The position numbers were made by a program, and so were the translations under genes. A stretch of DNA of 64,000 nucleotides from Candidatus Poribacteria bacterium (GTDB lineage Bacteria > Poribacteria > WGA-4E > WGA-3G): assembly GCA_965198235.1 (NCBI GenBank), contig OZ240248.1:4608001-4672000 (forward strand). The letters are read 5' to 3'. Under the pieces are notes generated by a model. The model searched no databases. It was not told where the DNA came from and saw nothing but the letters and a program-made list of their open reading frames with translations. This document shows, in pieces, positions 45,721 to 56,900 of this stretch; the stretch's first letter is position 1, and every line of letters starts with the position of its first letter.

Positions 45721-46710
45721 TTAAGCAACTTTGACGACTATCTTACCGAGTTTTTCACCTGTGAAAAGCGCGATAAACGCCTTTGGCGCATTCTCTAATC
45801 CCTCTATGATCGTCTCTTCCCACTGTATCTTGCCTTCAGATATCCACTGCCGCATATCACGGTAAAACTCAGAGTTACGCTCCATGAAGTCAGTGACGAT
45901 AAACCCTTGTAACCTGATTCGTTTACCGATAGCAGAACTGAGGTTTGTCGGACCTGGGGTAGGTTCAATATCGTTGTATTGGGAGATCATACCACACAGT
46001 GGGATACGTCCGTGCATATTCATCACTGCGAGCGCGGCTTGTAGGTGTCTGCCTCCCACGTTTTCAAAGTAGATGTCAAGTCCATCGGGACAGTGTTCCC
46101 TGAGTTCAGCTTCCAAGTCATCGACATTTTTATAGTTAAAAGCCGCATCAACGCCAGCTGTCTCCAGTAGCCATGCGACCTTCTGATCGGAACCAGCACT
46201 CGCAACGACTCGGCATCCTTTGATTTTTGCGATCTGGCATACGATTGAACCTACCGCACCTGCTGCTGCGGAGACAAAAACTGTTTCTCCTGCTTTGGGC
46301 TGACCGATCTCCAGAAATCCGAAGTAGGCGGTACGTCCGGGCATACCGACAGCACCTAAAAACGACTGGAGCGGTGCAATCGTTAGATCAACAGCGGTCA
46401 CGCTTTCTGCCGGTGCGATGTAATGATCCCGCCATCCCTGCATACCTGTCACATAATCCCCAGCTTGAAACTGGTCGCTGTTCGATGCCACAATCCGACC
46501 GGCGCATCTACCTTCTAAGGGTTTACCGAGTTCAGCGGACCGCATACCGCCGCGCATATACGGGTCTACTGACGTGTAAAGGTTTTCGACTAATACCTCC
46601 CCTGCTGCGGGTGCAGGGAGCGTCGCCTCAACGATTTCAAAATCACTTTCTTTGGGCATACCGACGATTCGGTTTTTAAGGCGAATTTGTCGGCTTATAG
46701 TGTTCGGCAT
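45721..46710 (-). CDS. NADP-dependent oxidoreductase (CurA/prostaglandin reductase-like)
   Basis: SVDPYMR, GMPGRTAYFG, SAAAGAVG, YFENVGG, CGMISQYN. Confidence 0.92.
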   Translation of the reverse strand: MPNTISRQIRLKNRIVGMPKESDFEIVEATLPAPAAGEVLVENLYTSVDPYMRGGMRSAELGKPLEGRCAGRIVASNSDQFQAGDYVTGMQGWRDHYIAPAESVTAVDLTIAPLQSFLGAVGMPGRTAYFGFLEIGQPKAGETVFVSAAAGAVGSIVCQIAKIKGCRVVASAGSDQKVAWLLETAGVDAAFNYKNVDDLEAELREHCPDGLDIYFENVGGRHLQAALAVMNMHGRIPLCGMISQYNDIEPTPGPTNLSSAIGKRIRLQGFIVTDFMERNSEFYRDMRQWISEGKIQWEETIIEGLENAPKAFIALFTGEKLGKIVVKVA

Positions 46711-46830
46711 TTTCTTCTCCTATCGGCTTACGATTCGATTGATTTAATTGGTATTGATGCAATGATAGCATATCTGAAAAAAAAGTCAAGATCAGGGATC
46801 TTTGGAATGCTCTGATGCTTTGAAATCCGT

Positions 46831-46859
46831 TTGACATTTGTTTGTAAATATGGTATAAT
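46831..46859 (+). promoter_or_regulatory. perfect consensus promoter TTGACA-17-TATAAT with extended -10
   Basis: Exact hexamers; ~210 nt upstream of the methyltransferase pseudogene. Confidence 0.75.
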
Positions 46860-47071
46860 TAGTAGGGTGTAAGGATGAACTTGCACAAGTACATTCTCTC
46901 TTCATATCCTTGAATCAAGTCAAACTCAACGGCGCGAAGCGCATATTACACTGATCGCGCTTACCTATCCAATTATCTAACTGAATATCTATAGTTGTTT
47001 ATGGCGGACCCCTCTGCTAAAGTTTCTGATTGAAAGCTTATATTGTCTGCTGCTCATTTTAGGAGGAAAGA

Positions 47072-47645
47072 ATGAACGCTCCCTCTAATGAATTTCTTAG
47101 AACAGATTTCGGACACGAGGTATATGATACGTGGTATCTTGAGCAGGGAAGATACAATTTTGAGACAAGAGATTGAATTTATCTTGGGCGACTATAATGA
47201 AATGAGTTTTGAGGAGAGGTTTTCTGTTATTTTCTTCGAGGGCTCATTTTTTTATCAATCCAAGGAGGGTTTAGTGTCGCTCTTAAACCGAATCCATAAA
47301 GCACTTACGCCTAATGGTAGGGTTTACTTTGTGCACCCAAATCATTCAATACGGAAAAAGCAATTTCCAGTGGTTAATTGGAGTGAAATTAAGAAAAACG
47401 TGTTCGTCCTGCAGAACGGAGAATATGACGAAAGTGAAGATATGGAAAGATGCACTTGGCTTAAGATAGATTTAGAGACACAGAAACATTACAAGTGCGA
47501 CTATTCTGTTATGCACCTCCCCCCGGACGAACTCAAGAACTGTCTTGTGGCGGCGGGATTTTCGGATTTCCATTTCTACAAGAAGCGTAGACTGGAAGAC
47601 TTCCATCTGGGGAATGATGGGTTTTCTGTGGTGGCTGTAAAGTGA
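47072..47645 (+). pseudogene. class I SAM-dependent methyltransferase, internally deleted and frameshifted
   Basis: AGGAGG-ATG at 47072 (MNAPSNEF...) shifts frame into EFILGDYNEM...IHKALTPNGRV; motif I (GxG) missing. Confidence 0.6.
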
Positions 47646-47784
47646 GTGTATGCCTGTCCCCATAAATACTTTTATCCACTTGGGAATATTGCATTTACAT
47701 TTGTCCAAAAGAGTGCTAAAATAGGGAATAGGTCATCAGGTACAGGAGCCCTGCCCATTAGAATTTTGGAGGTTATTTGCAGTT

Positions 47785-48624
47785 ATGAAAGTCGAAAAAC
47801 CGAAAGAAAAATATGATCAATTAATCGCTGATGGTTACTGTGTTGTAGAGAGTGTTTTGAAGGAAGAGATGCTTACTCGACTTCGTTCAGTAACCGATGA
47901 ACTGCTTGACGCACAGACAGAAGATGAACGTGCCGCCCATCGCTCATCCGGTAGTATGATCAGTGTGTATATGCATCCGCTGTTCGCTGAGCTGGTCGCT
48001 TATCCGCGGGCACTGCAGGCTCTTGAAGCTTTAGGTTTCTTGAGACCGAAATGGTCGGCGGGGTATGTCATCAGCAAACCGCCCCAGAGTCCACCCCTAT
48101 TTTGGCATCAGGACTGGTGGGGTTGGAACGATCCGTGTAGCTACACGGCATTGCCTCAACAGTTGTTCCTTATGTACTATTTGGTTGACACAGTGCCTTA
48201 CAACGGATGCCTCCGTGTGATCAAAGGTTCGCATCTGAATCGACATCCGCTGCATGATATATTGCCCAATGCCCACGGCGAAGCACTCCAGCGCGTCAAT
48301 GATGCTAACCATCTCGCCTATCAACACTTTCCGGGTGAAGTTGACATACCGGTGAAAGCAGGGGATTTGGTTATCGGCGATTCTCGGCTGTTACATGCTT
48401 CACACGGTAATCAATCAGATGAACGTCGGACTGTGATTACGCTTTGGTATCATCCATTTTTTGCGCTGTTACCTGCAGAAATGCAAGCACATATCGGGAG
48501 GCTCCGGCAAAGTCTCGCTTGGTCGGACGCGGATTGGGCGCAAATTGCTGAACTCGCGCCGGTCTGTGAAAGCGACGTTGAACCGTTAAAATGGGATCGG
48601 AATCCGGGACCTGAACTGAAATAA
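47785..48624 (+). CDS. phytanoyl-CoA dioxygenase (PhyH) family protein
   Basis: WHQD, NGCLRVIKGSH, LLHASHGN..R. Confidence 0.9.
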   Translation: MKVEKPKEKYDQLIADGYCVVESVLKEEMLTRLRSVTDELLDAQTEDERAAHRSSGSMISVYMHPLFAELVAYPRALQALEALGFLRPKWSAGYVISKPPQSPPLFWHQDWWGWNDPCSYTALPQQLFLMYYLVDTVPYNGCLRVIKGSHLNRHPLHDILPNAHGEALQRVNDANHLAYQHFPGEVDIPVKAGDLVIGDSRLLHASHGNQSDERRTVITLWYHPFFALLPAEMQAHIGRLRQSLAWSDADWAQIAELAPVCESDVEPLKWDRNPGPELK

Positions 48625-48827
48625 CCAAATTCCGATATAGCAAGATTTAATTTGAAAGAGATTGTATCTCATGATACACTAATATAACAGAAACTTTATT
48701 GTGTGGCACAATGATACAGAGGAAAGCCAGATTATTCTTGCTGCCTCAGTGACCAATACCTATCGGGCGAGACTCATTTTTGAATAATAGCCAGTGGATA
48801 ATTCGCTGACTAAGGAGGTAATAAAAG

Positions 48828-49625
48828 ATGAAAACCACAGTCACAAGATTAAAACTATTATGTGTCAGTTTAACGGTTATTAGCCTGATGTTTGTAGGTA
48901 TCAGCTCTGCTGAAGTTGACTTTGGAGATTGCGTCGGAATGTGGCTCTTTGATGAGGGACGTGGTAACAAAGCCGAAGACTCCTCTGGGACGGGCAATGA
49001 CGGCAAGATTGAGGGTGGTGCTAAATGGGTTGATGGCAAGTTTGGTAAGGGTTTGAGTCTTGACGGCTCGGATGCTTACGTGGAAATTGCTCATGATGAT
49101 TCTTTAAATGTTGGAGGCGAACACACGATTGCCCTTTGGTTTAAATTAGATAAGCCTCCCGGGGGTGGCACGGCTGTTGTGACCAAAGATGATTGGGCTC
49201 CCGGATTTTGGTGGGATGCGGGTAGAATCCGACATCACACGCATGACCCAGGCGGCACGCTTCACTTTATAGATGCACCTTGGAAACCAGACACAGACTG
49301 GCATCATGTTGCCGTTACTTGGGACGGCGAAGCCTTCGGCGTATATATAGACGCTGATCAGATTGGCGAGGGTGTAACGACACCGAACTTAGGAAGGAAC
49401 CCGTTAACCGACAAACCCGTTTTAATAGGTATCTACTTAGCCACCGGACAACATGGTCAGTGGGGCCAGTTTTTCGCTGGAATCATTGACGACGTTGTCA
49501 TCTTCAATGTGGCGTTGACCGATGATGATCTTGAAACCATCATGACTGAAGGATTAGAAAAAGCAGCTGATATTGAACCTTCAGGTAAACTCGCAACGAC
49601 CTGGGCTGCCATTAAAGCCGATTAA
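48828..49625 (+). CDS. secreted LamG domain protein with conserved C-terminal motif
   Basis: WLFDEG, WVDGKFGKGL, WHHVAVTWD, GIIDDV, IEPSGKLATTWAAIK. Confidence 0.9.
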   Translation: MKTTVTRLKLLCVSLTVISLMFVGISSAEVDFGDCVGMWLFDEGRGNKAEDSSGTGNDGKIEGGAKWVDGKFGKGLSLDGSDAYVEIAHDDSLNVGGEHTIALWFKLDKPPGGGTAVVTKDDWAPGFWWDAGRIRHHTHDPGGTLHFIDAPWKPDTDWHHVAVTWDGEAFGVYIDADQIGEGVTTPNLGRNPLTDKPVLIGIYLATGQHGQWGQFFAGIIDDVVIFNVALTDDDLETIMTEGLEKAADIEPSGKLATTWAAIKAD

Positions 49626-49830
49626 CCTACTCCCAAATCTAAAGATTGCGTTGGTTGGCGATTTTCCGATGTTTGCGGGTAAACCCCGGGCAACCGAGCA
49701 GGGAGTTCTTATTTAGCGGTAGGCGGATTTTTGAAATCCGTCTCTATATTGGTGGTGACAGGACTGAGTGTGGTTCAATACTGAGCCTCCTCGGTCTTGT
49801 CGAAAGTATCACTAAACGGGAGGAGTTTTT

Positions 49831-50589
49831 ATGTCACAACCCCCGATTTTTCATGCCTACACGTTTGGTGAACAGGAGCGAAGAGTGTTGGATAGCGATG
49901 GACATTTCGTTTTCCCTGGCTTGCTCACATCGGATGCACAGGAAAATCTGACCCGCTCACTGTCGTATATTCATGAACTCTCGCGCACACCGAAGGAAGG
50001 ACATGAGCCGAACCGATTTTCCGCAGAATACGACAGTTATCTCGAAAGCCTGATTGCACACCCGCAGATGCTTAAACTCGCACGGCAGGTTTTGGGTGAA
50101 GATATCCGATACGATCACTGTGTCAGTCTCAATCGACCGGGCGGCAATCGTGGCATTGGATGGCACAGCCACGGATACTCCGATGACGACCCGCGTTTGG
50201 GCTTCGTCCGTATCTTTTTCTACGTTAACGGATTTGACCCGGACGATGGTGGTTTGAAGGCTGTTCCCGGAAGTCATCTATATCGGGACACAAATATTCG
50301 TGGGCAGTCCAATGCAGAGCTGCAAGAAAATTGGTTGGCAGGAAAAACGCATCCAGAAACGGGTGAACCGTTAGAGATTGAAGCATTATCTGCACCCCCC
50401 GGCACGGTCGCGTTGATGTGGACGCATGCTGCGCATGCAGTTAATCCGAGAAAACCGAATAGCGATACACGCTGGTGTGTCGTTTATGCCTATCGTAACC
50501 CGGGCAAACCCTCCGGTGCCCGATGGATTACATCCGAATTCGAGCAAAAATCCATCCCCGGCGCAGAAGGATTAATGTCCCTTTACTAA
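49831..50589 (+). CDS. phytanoyl-CoA dioxygenase (PhyH) family protein
   Basis: WHSH, GGLKAVPGSH, AHAV...R. Confidence 0.8.
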   Translation: MSQPPIFHAYTFGEQERRVLDSDGHFVFPGLLTSDAQENLTRSLSYIHELSRTPKEGHEPNRFSAEYDSYLESLIAHPQMLKLARQVLGEDIRYDHCVSLNRPGGNRGIGWHSHGYSDDDPRLGFVRIFFYVNGFDPDDGGLKAVPGSHLYRDTNIRGQSNAELQENWLAGKTHPETGEPLEIEALSAPPGTVALMWTHAAHAVNPRKPNSDTRWCVVYAYRNPGKPSGARWITSEFEQKSIPGAEGLMSLY

Positions 50590-50624
50590 AGCAGGAGGCA
50601 CATGCCGTCTGCCATAACGTAGCT

Positions 50625-52049
50625 ATGTCACAAGATAAACCGCATATTCTATTCCTCATCAACGACGAACACCGTCCCGATGTCCTGCCGATCGAAGGGG
50701 ACACCGCTATCCGCACGCCGACACTTTCTCGGTTTATGGATGAGGGAATCTACTTCCGCAACGCTTATACCCCCTCACCTATCTGTGTTCCTGCTCGGCA
50801 GAGCTTTCTTTCAGGACTCTATCCGCGTAACTGTGGGAGCCTCAACTTCGGTGATCCGATGCCCACAGAGGTCCGAACGATTCCAGGACAATTGGGAAAC
50901 TATGGGTACTACACCTGTTGTGCAGGCAAAATGCACTTTGTCGGGACTGATGTGATGCACGGGTGGCAGGAACGAGTGGGACGCGATATTGTTGGTAACA
51001 ACGGCTATCCTTACCCACCTGTTAAGGATGAGCACTACGCACGAACCGAATCGGAATCCGGTACGGGTCCGAAGCAGAGCAAGGTGATTCAGGAAGTCCG
51101 CGATGCCCAACCCGGTTTAGGGCGTTGGATGCTCAATGACCAATACAATGTGGACGGTGCGCTGCTGTTCCTTGAGGAATATTTTGTTGATGCTCCTTAT
51201 GACCGTCCGAGATCAAATCCTCTTTGTATGGCGGTAAGCCTTATAGCACCACACTATCCGTATCAATGTCCACTGGATCTGTTTAACTACTACATGCAGC
51301 GAGTGAAGCCGATTGTTGAAGAGCCTAACGAGCAGTTTGGATACGACAATTTTTTCAGGGTCCGAGTCGGTCAAGATGTTACCTACCGTCAGGCGCACCG
51401 GGCGACCGCGGCATACTACGGAATGATTGAGTGGATGGACGCACAATTCGGTCGGGTCATTGAGAAACTGGAACATTTGAACGTCTTAGACGATTTTATT
51501 ATCGTTTTCCTCTCTGACCACGGTGAGATGCTTGGCACGAAAGGGCTTTGGGAGAAACAGAGCTACTTTGAGGCTTCGGCACGGGTGCCGCTTTCTATCT
51601 GGTATCCGAAACGGTTTGGACGAGAACCGAGAATCGTTGAGCAGAATGTTTCGTTGGTCGATCTGTTTCCGACTGTATGTGAATTAGCGGAAATCCCCGC
51701 ACCGGATGAGCTTGATGGACGTTCGTTCCTGCCACTTATTGAAGGAGATACAACAGGATGGCATGATACCGTTTATAGCGAACTTTGGCGCGCCCAGAAT
51801 GGGCCCTCTGTGATGGTCAAAGAGGGAAGTTTGAAGTATTTCAGATTCGACAACGATAAGGGGTGGCCCGAACAACTCTTCGATCTCTCCGAAGACCCGG
51901 ATGAACGGAACAACCTGATTGACACATCTGCCTACGCCGACGCACTCTCGAAACTACGCGCAAAAGCCGACGCATTACCTCCGCCGCGCCGAAAGGATGA
52001 GAATAACAGGTTCATTGACCCATATCGCCCGATTATGTTGTCGAGTTAA
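50625..52049 (+). CDS. sulfatase (choline-sulfatase-like)
   Basis: PHILFLINDEH, CVPAR formylglycine motif, GKMH, SDHG; start at ATG 50625. Confidence 0.9.
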   Translation: MSQDKPHILFLINDEHRPDVLPIEGDTAIRTPTLSRFMDEGIYFRNAYTPSPICVPARQSFLSGLYPRNCGSLNFGDPMPTEVRTIPGQLGNYGYYTCCAGKMHFVGTDVMHGWQERVGRDIVGNNGYPYPPVKDEHYARTESESGTGPKQSKVIQEVRDAQPGLGRWMLNDQYNVDGALLFLEEYFVDAPYDRPRSNPLCMAVSLIAPHYPYQCPLDLFNYYMQRVKPIVEEPNEQFGYDNFFRVRVGQDVTYRQAHRATAAYYGMIEWMDAQFGRVIEKLEHLNVLDDFIIVFLSDHGEMLGTKGLWEKQSYFEASARVPLSIWYPKRFGREPRIVEQNVSLVDLFPTVCELAEIPAPDELDGRSFLPLIEGDTTGWHDTVYSELWRAQNGPSVMVKEGSLKYFRFDNDKGWPEQLFDLSEDPDERNNLIDTSAYADALSKLRAKADALPPPRRKDENNRFIDPYRPIMLSS

Positions 52050-52149
52050 GTTCGCATTGTGCTGCAGCCGTCTTGAAAACCATCCAAGCGAATCCAGTTC
52101 TGTTTCACACCACTGAAGTTTGGGGGTTTCCGTTCATTCGATGGACCGA

Positions 52150-53565
52150 TCAAAACAGGTCGTTTACCTCGATGAGAAACACGCCTTCTTTTTCTGCTCT
52201 CTGTTTGAGTGCATCCGTGAAACCATTAGCAGAAAACAGAATATATCGCGGATTACGTTTCCATTTATCGGTGACTTTCATAGCGTTTTCGATGAGATGG
52301 TTTAGGACGTTTTCACCGACTGGAGCGTTCCACCATTTGCACTCACCAAACCAGTGGCTTTTGTCAACATTTTCTGTCAATACATCAATTTCAAAATCTG
52401 ATTCCCAATGTCCCCCAACTTTTTTAGGGGCAATCTTTAGTTTTTCTTCCCAATAGTGGCTGATATATTGGCGGCAAATTCCTTCAAAAATTTCTCCCAT
52501 ATAGTGTGAGAGGTTCGGAGCAATTATCTGCTGGTATACCAAATCAATGTTCCCAGATTCGATGAGACTTCGATTGGGTAGCACAAACCGAAACCAGAAT
52601 TTGACATAGTTATCTTCAATTTTATAAAGTCCCCTTTTGCTTTTTTGAGGTGCGCGTTCGGTTACCCGTGTTTCACGCTTGACTAATCCCAATTCTCGGA
52701 GCACGTTGAGATATTTGTTCACATCTGTCGGATTGAGTCCAACCCGTTGGGCAATTTCATTCAATCGCGTCGCGCCGGCGGCGATTGCCTGTAATATGCT
52801 TGCATACGTTCTGGGTTCCCTGAGTTCCATACGTAACAGAAAATTGACCTCATCAAACAGGTAACCTTGAGGTGTAAGCAATTCATCTTTGATACGTTGT
52901 TGAAATGTCTTTTGGGGTGCATCCGGCGAGCGGTTCAAAGGATACAGCGCAAATCGGTTGAGGTACGCCGGAATACCACCCAGGATACCATAAGCAATTA
53001 GTTTCTGCTTGACAGAATATTCTGAAAAGAAATACCCGCTGTCGCGGTAAGACAGCGGCATTAAGCGAAGTTGACCAGTGCGCCGTCCATATAACGGTGA
53101 CCTTTCCGCCAGTACCTCTCGCTCCATGAAACTCACCTGCGATCCGCACAAAATCAAGAAAAGTTTACTGTTTTTTCCGTGTAGGTCCCAGAAGCGTTGG
53201 ATCAGTGATGGGAGTGCAGCGTTATCTTCACAGAGATATTGAAACTCATCGAGTACCAGAATAAGTCTTTCTTCTTCTGCCTGTTGTGCAAAATAGATGA
53301 ATGCAGATTCCCAATCATTAAAGGCAAGGCTTTGCAGCAGTGGATCATTGATGGTATGCCGTGCGATTTCAGTAAGTTGCCGGAGATGATCTCGTTCTTT
53401 CAACTGACTGGCAAGAAAATAAATGCTTCTTTTTTGTTTACAGAACTGCGACAAGAGTTCAGTTTTCCCAATCCGTCTTCTGCCGTATAATACGAAGAAT
53501 TGTGCCATTTCTGACTGAAACATTTGCTCTAAAGCTGCCAGTTCTTGGTGTCTATTAATAAACAT
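52150..53565 (-). CDS. archaeal-type ATPase with wHTH and C-terminal DUF234/PD-(D/E)xK domain
   Basis: FINRHQEL, YGRRRIGKT, LDEFQ, CGS, GGIP, EIDV...GECKW. Confidence 0.88.
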   Translation of the reverse strand: MFINRHQELAALEQMFQSEMAQFFVLYGRRRIGKTELLSQFCKQKRSIYFLASQLKERDHLRQLTEIARHTINDPLLQSLAFNDWESAFIYFAQQAEEERLILVLDEFQYLCEDNAALPSLIQRFWDLHGKNSKLFLILCGSQVSFMEREVLAERSPLYGRRTGQLRLMPLSYRDSGYFFSEYSVKQKLIAYGILGGIPAYLNRFALYPLNRSPDAPQKTFQQRIKDELLTPQGYLFDEVNFLLRMELREPRTYASILQAIAAGATRLNEIAQRVGLNPTDVNKYLNVLRELGLVKRETRVTERAPQKSKRGLYKIEDNYVKFWFRFVLPNRSLIESGNIDLVYQQIIAPNLSHYMGEIFEGICRQYISHYWEEKLKIAPKKVGGHWESDFEIDVLTENVDKSHWFGECKWWNAPVGENVLNHLIENAMKVTDKWKRNPRYILFSANGFTDALKQRAEKEGVFLIEVNDLF

Positions 53566-53588
53566 AAGGTTTCTCTCCTTAAATGCGA

Positions 53589-53631
53589 TTTAGAGTATTA
53601 TACTCTAAAGTATTATACTCTAAAGTATAAT
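53589..53631. promoter_or_regulatory. palindromic/tandem operator-like array upstream of the ATPase gene
   Basis: TTTAGAGTA-TTA-TACTCTAAA inverted repeat with tandem AGTATTATACTCTAA copies. Confidence 0.55.
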
Positions 53632-53911
53632 TAAAATCTAATAAAATTCTCGCGGTGTCACAATCGTTGAGTTTTTGGTTTCCGGGCTCCGCTCAAGACC
53701 TCTTTCCAGTAGAAGCGATCTCCCGGTCATGACTTCTGACTGATTGCTGACATCCGATAACTGCCTGCTGCTGGATACCGCGAGATTTTCCTTGCACATA
53801 TTTCGCTTTAAATGATATATTATAGTAAACAATCCTTGAGGATAATAGGACTTACATTGATGTAGGGAGCTGACATCGCCCGCACAGAAGAAATGGAGGA
53901 AAGTTTCTATA

Positions 53912-56900
53912 ATGTCCCAGACACAGTTATCACCTTTAGGTACTTTGATATGGTTTCGCACTGGCTGTATGAGTCTTATGGTACTCTTGTTAGGACTCGC
54001 TATTGTACTACAACCTGTCTATGCCGAGAAGCTTCAATTCGACCGTGATATTCTGCCGATCTTGTCAGATAAATGTTTTGCGTGTCACGGTCCCGACCCC
54101 GCGGTTCGGCAAGCCAATCTGCGGCTTGACACAAAGGAAGGTGCGTTCTCCGCACCAAGTGGTTATCCAATTATCGTGCCGGGTGAACCGGAAAACAGCG
54201 AATTGGTCCTACGCATAACACACGAAGACATTGACCAAAGGATGCCGCTACAGATCTCCAATCGGCAACCGACACAAGAACAGATCGATACGCTCATTCA
54301 GTGGATTGCTGAAGGTGCGGAATGGGAAGATCACTGGGTGTACAATCTGCCCGAACGGGTGGATCCGCCAGTTGTCAAGGATACATCTTGGGTCCGCAAT
54401 CCTATCGACGCATTTATACTCGGAAGATTGGAAACGGAAGATCTCATGCCGTCGCCAGAAGCGGACAAACGGACGCTCATTCGCCGCTTATATTTCGATC
54501 TTACCGGACTGCTGCCTACGCCTGCTGAGGTGGCGCGTTTCTTGAGGGATGAAACCCCGGATGCCTATGAATCACTTGTCAATGGACTTCTGTCTGAACC
54601 GCAATACGGTGAACGGATGGCACTGTACTGGCTTGATCTGGTGCGCTATGCGGACACGAGCGGTTACCATGCTGACGAAAACGTGAGCATCTGGCCCTAT
54701 AGGGACTATGTGATCCAAGCATTTAATGATAACATGCCGTTTGATCAGTTTGCAATCGAAAATCTTGCAGGCGATCTCTTACCGAATGCCACAGTTACAC
54801 AGAAGATCGCTGCCGGTTATAACCGTCTGAATCAGACAACCTCAGAAGGAGGTGCACAGGCAAAAGAATATCTCGCGATCTATGCTGCCGACCGGGTGCG
54901 GACGACTGCCTCCGTCTGGTTAGGTGCGACGCTCGGCTGCGCACAGTGCCACGACCACAAGTTTGATCCGTACACCGCAAAGGATTTTTACAGTTTCGCC
55001 GCGTTTTTCGCGGATGTCAAGGGACCTGGCGTATACGGTGGTGGAAGTAAATGGGAACCCGTCGTTATGCTACCGACACCCACACAGAAGTCAACACTCC
55101 AGGATATTGACGATGAATTGACGAAACTGCAACAGGTATTCAAGGCATCATCCCCCGGATTAGAAGCAGAACAGACGGAGTGGGAGAATGAGGTGCTTTC
55201 CCTGCTCGAATCAACAGAGCCGACCGACTTCGCGTGGATAGACGACGCACAAGCAAACGGTGGTAGGACTGAAGGCACATGGGTATTCGTTGACAAAAGT
55301 GAAGCCCCCGTTTTCAGTAAGTTATACTCACGAAAACAAACAGCGGAAGCAGGAAAGACAATCCAGCATGCTTTCCGTGGCGCGAATCGAAAGTTCACCG
55401 TAGCAGAAGGTGACCGACTCTTTGCCTATATCTGGATTGACCCCGAATCACCTCCAGAAACAGTCATGCTCCAGTGGAACGATGGAAATTGGGATCATCG
55501 TGCTTTTTGGGGTGAAGACAAAATTAACTTCGGCGAGATTGGAACTGATACACCTGCTCACAAGCCGATGGGACTGCTGCCAGCAGTCGGCGAATGGATG
55601 CGTCTTGAAGTAGATCCAGCAGACGTTGGATTGGAGCCGGGGAGTGTCCTGAATGGGATAGGTTTCGCACAATTTGGTGGCACCGCCTATTGGGATATGG
55701 CTGGCATCGCAACAACTCTCGGATCGTCAGTAAAACACACGCATACGGAACAGGTTATCGCAGCAATTCGGGTGGATACCTCTGTCAGGACGACAAGTCA
55801 GCGTGAGCAGATCGCAGCGGAGTATCGCCGCATCACACCTGCGCTTGATGGTATCCGGAATCAGATTGCGGATTTACAGAAGCAGAAAGGTGAAATCGAA
55901 GCACAGATTCCTTACTCACTTACCACTGCGTCTACACAACCTCGCACAACACGCGTGCTACCGAGAGGCAACTGGATGGACGATTCGGGTGAGATCGTTG
56001 AACCGATGATACCGGCTTTCCTTGGCGATCTCGGTATCAAAAACCGCCGACCGACCCGTTTAGAGCTTGCACAGTGGATCGCGTCAAAGGACAATCCACT
56101 AACTGCCCGTACGTTTGTAAATCGACTTTGGGCACTCTACTTCGGGACAGGATTATCCCGCGTCTTGGATGACCTTGGCGCACAAGGCGAATCGCCGGTA
56201 CATCCTGAACTGCTTGACTGGCTCGCTGTCGAATTTGTGGAGAGCGGTTGGAACGTTAAGCATCTCGTAAAGCTCCTCGTCACTTCAAATACTTATCGTC
56301 AATCCTCGAAATCAAACGAGGTATTGGAGGAGAAGGATGCTTACAATCGCTTGTTGGCACGTCAATCACGCTGGAGACTCGATGCAGAGGCGGTCCGCGA
56401 CAACGCGTTGATGCTGAGTGGACTTCTTGTTCCCAAAATCGGTGGTCCGAGCGTGAGGCCGTACCAGCCGAAGGGTTATTACTCAAATCTAAACTTCCCG
56501 AAGCGGGTTTATGTGCACGATGCTGGGGAGAATCAATATCGCCGTGGGCTTTATACGCATTGGCAGCGCACCTTCTTGCATCCGAGCATGATGGCGTTCG
56601 ATGCACCGAGTCGTCAGGAATGTACTGCTGAGCGTGCAACCTCTAATACCCCAATGCAAGCTTTGACGCTACTCAACGACCCAAGCTACGTTGAGGCGGC
56701 GCGCGTCTTCGCATCACGGATCGTCCAAGAGGGTGGTGAATCCGTCGCTGAGCGTATCAGCTGGGCGTACCAATGGACATTGTCTCGGATGCCACAGCCA
56801 AAGGAATTAGAGATTATGACTTCTCTCTATGAGAAGCACCAAGCCGAATATACTGCTAATCTTGATGCTGCCAGTACTCTCGTCGCAACGGGTGAAACAC

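Noticed and set aside
53589-53631. CRISPR array
   Set aside because: Only 2-3 contiguous 16-nt units with no spacers and no cas genes; no repeat-spacer array was seen anywhere in the window
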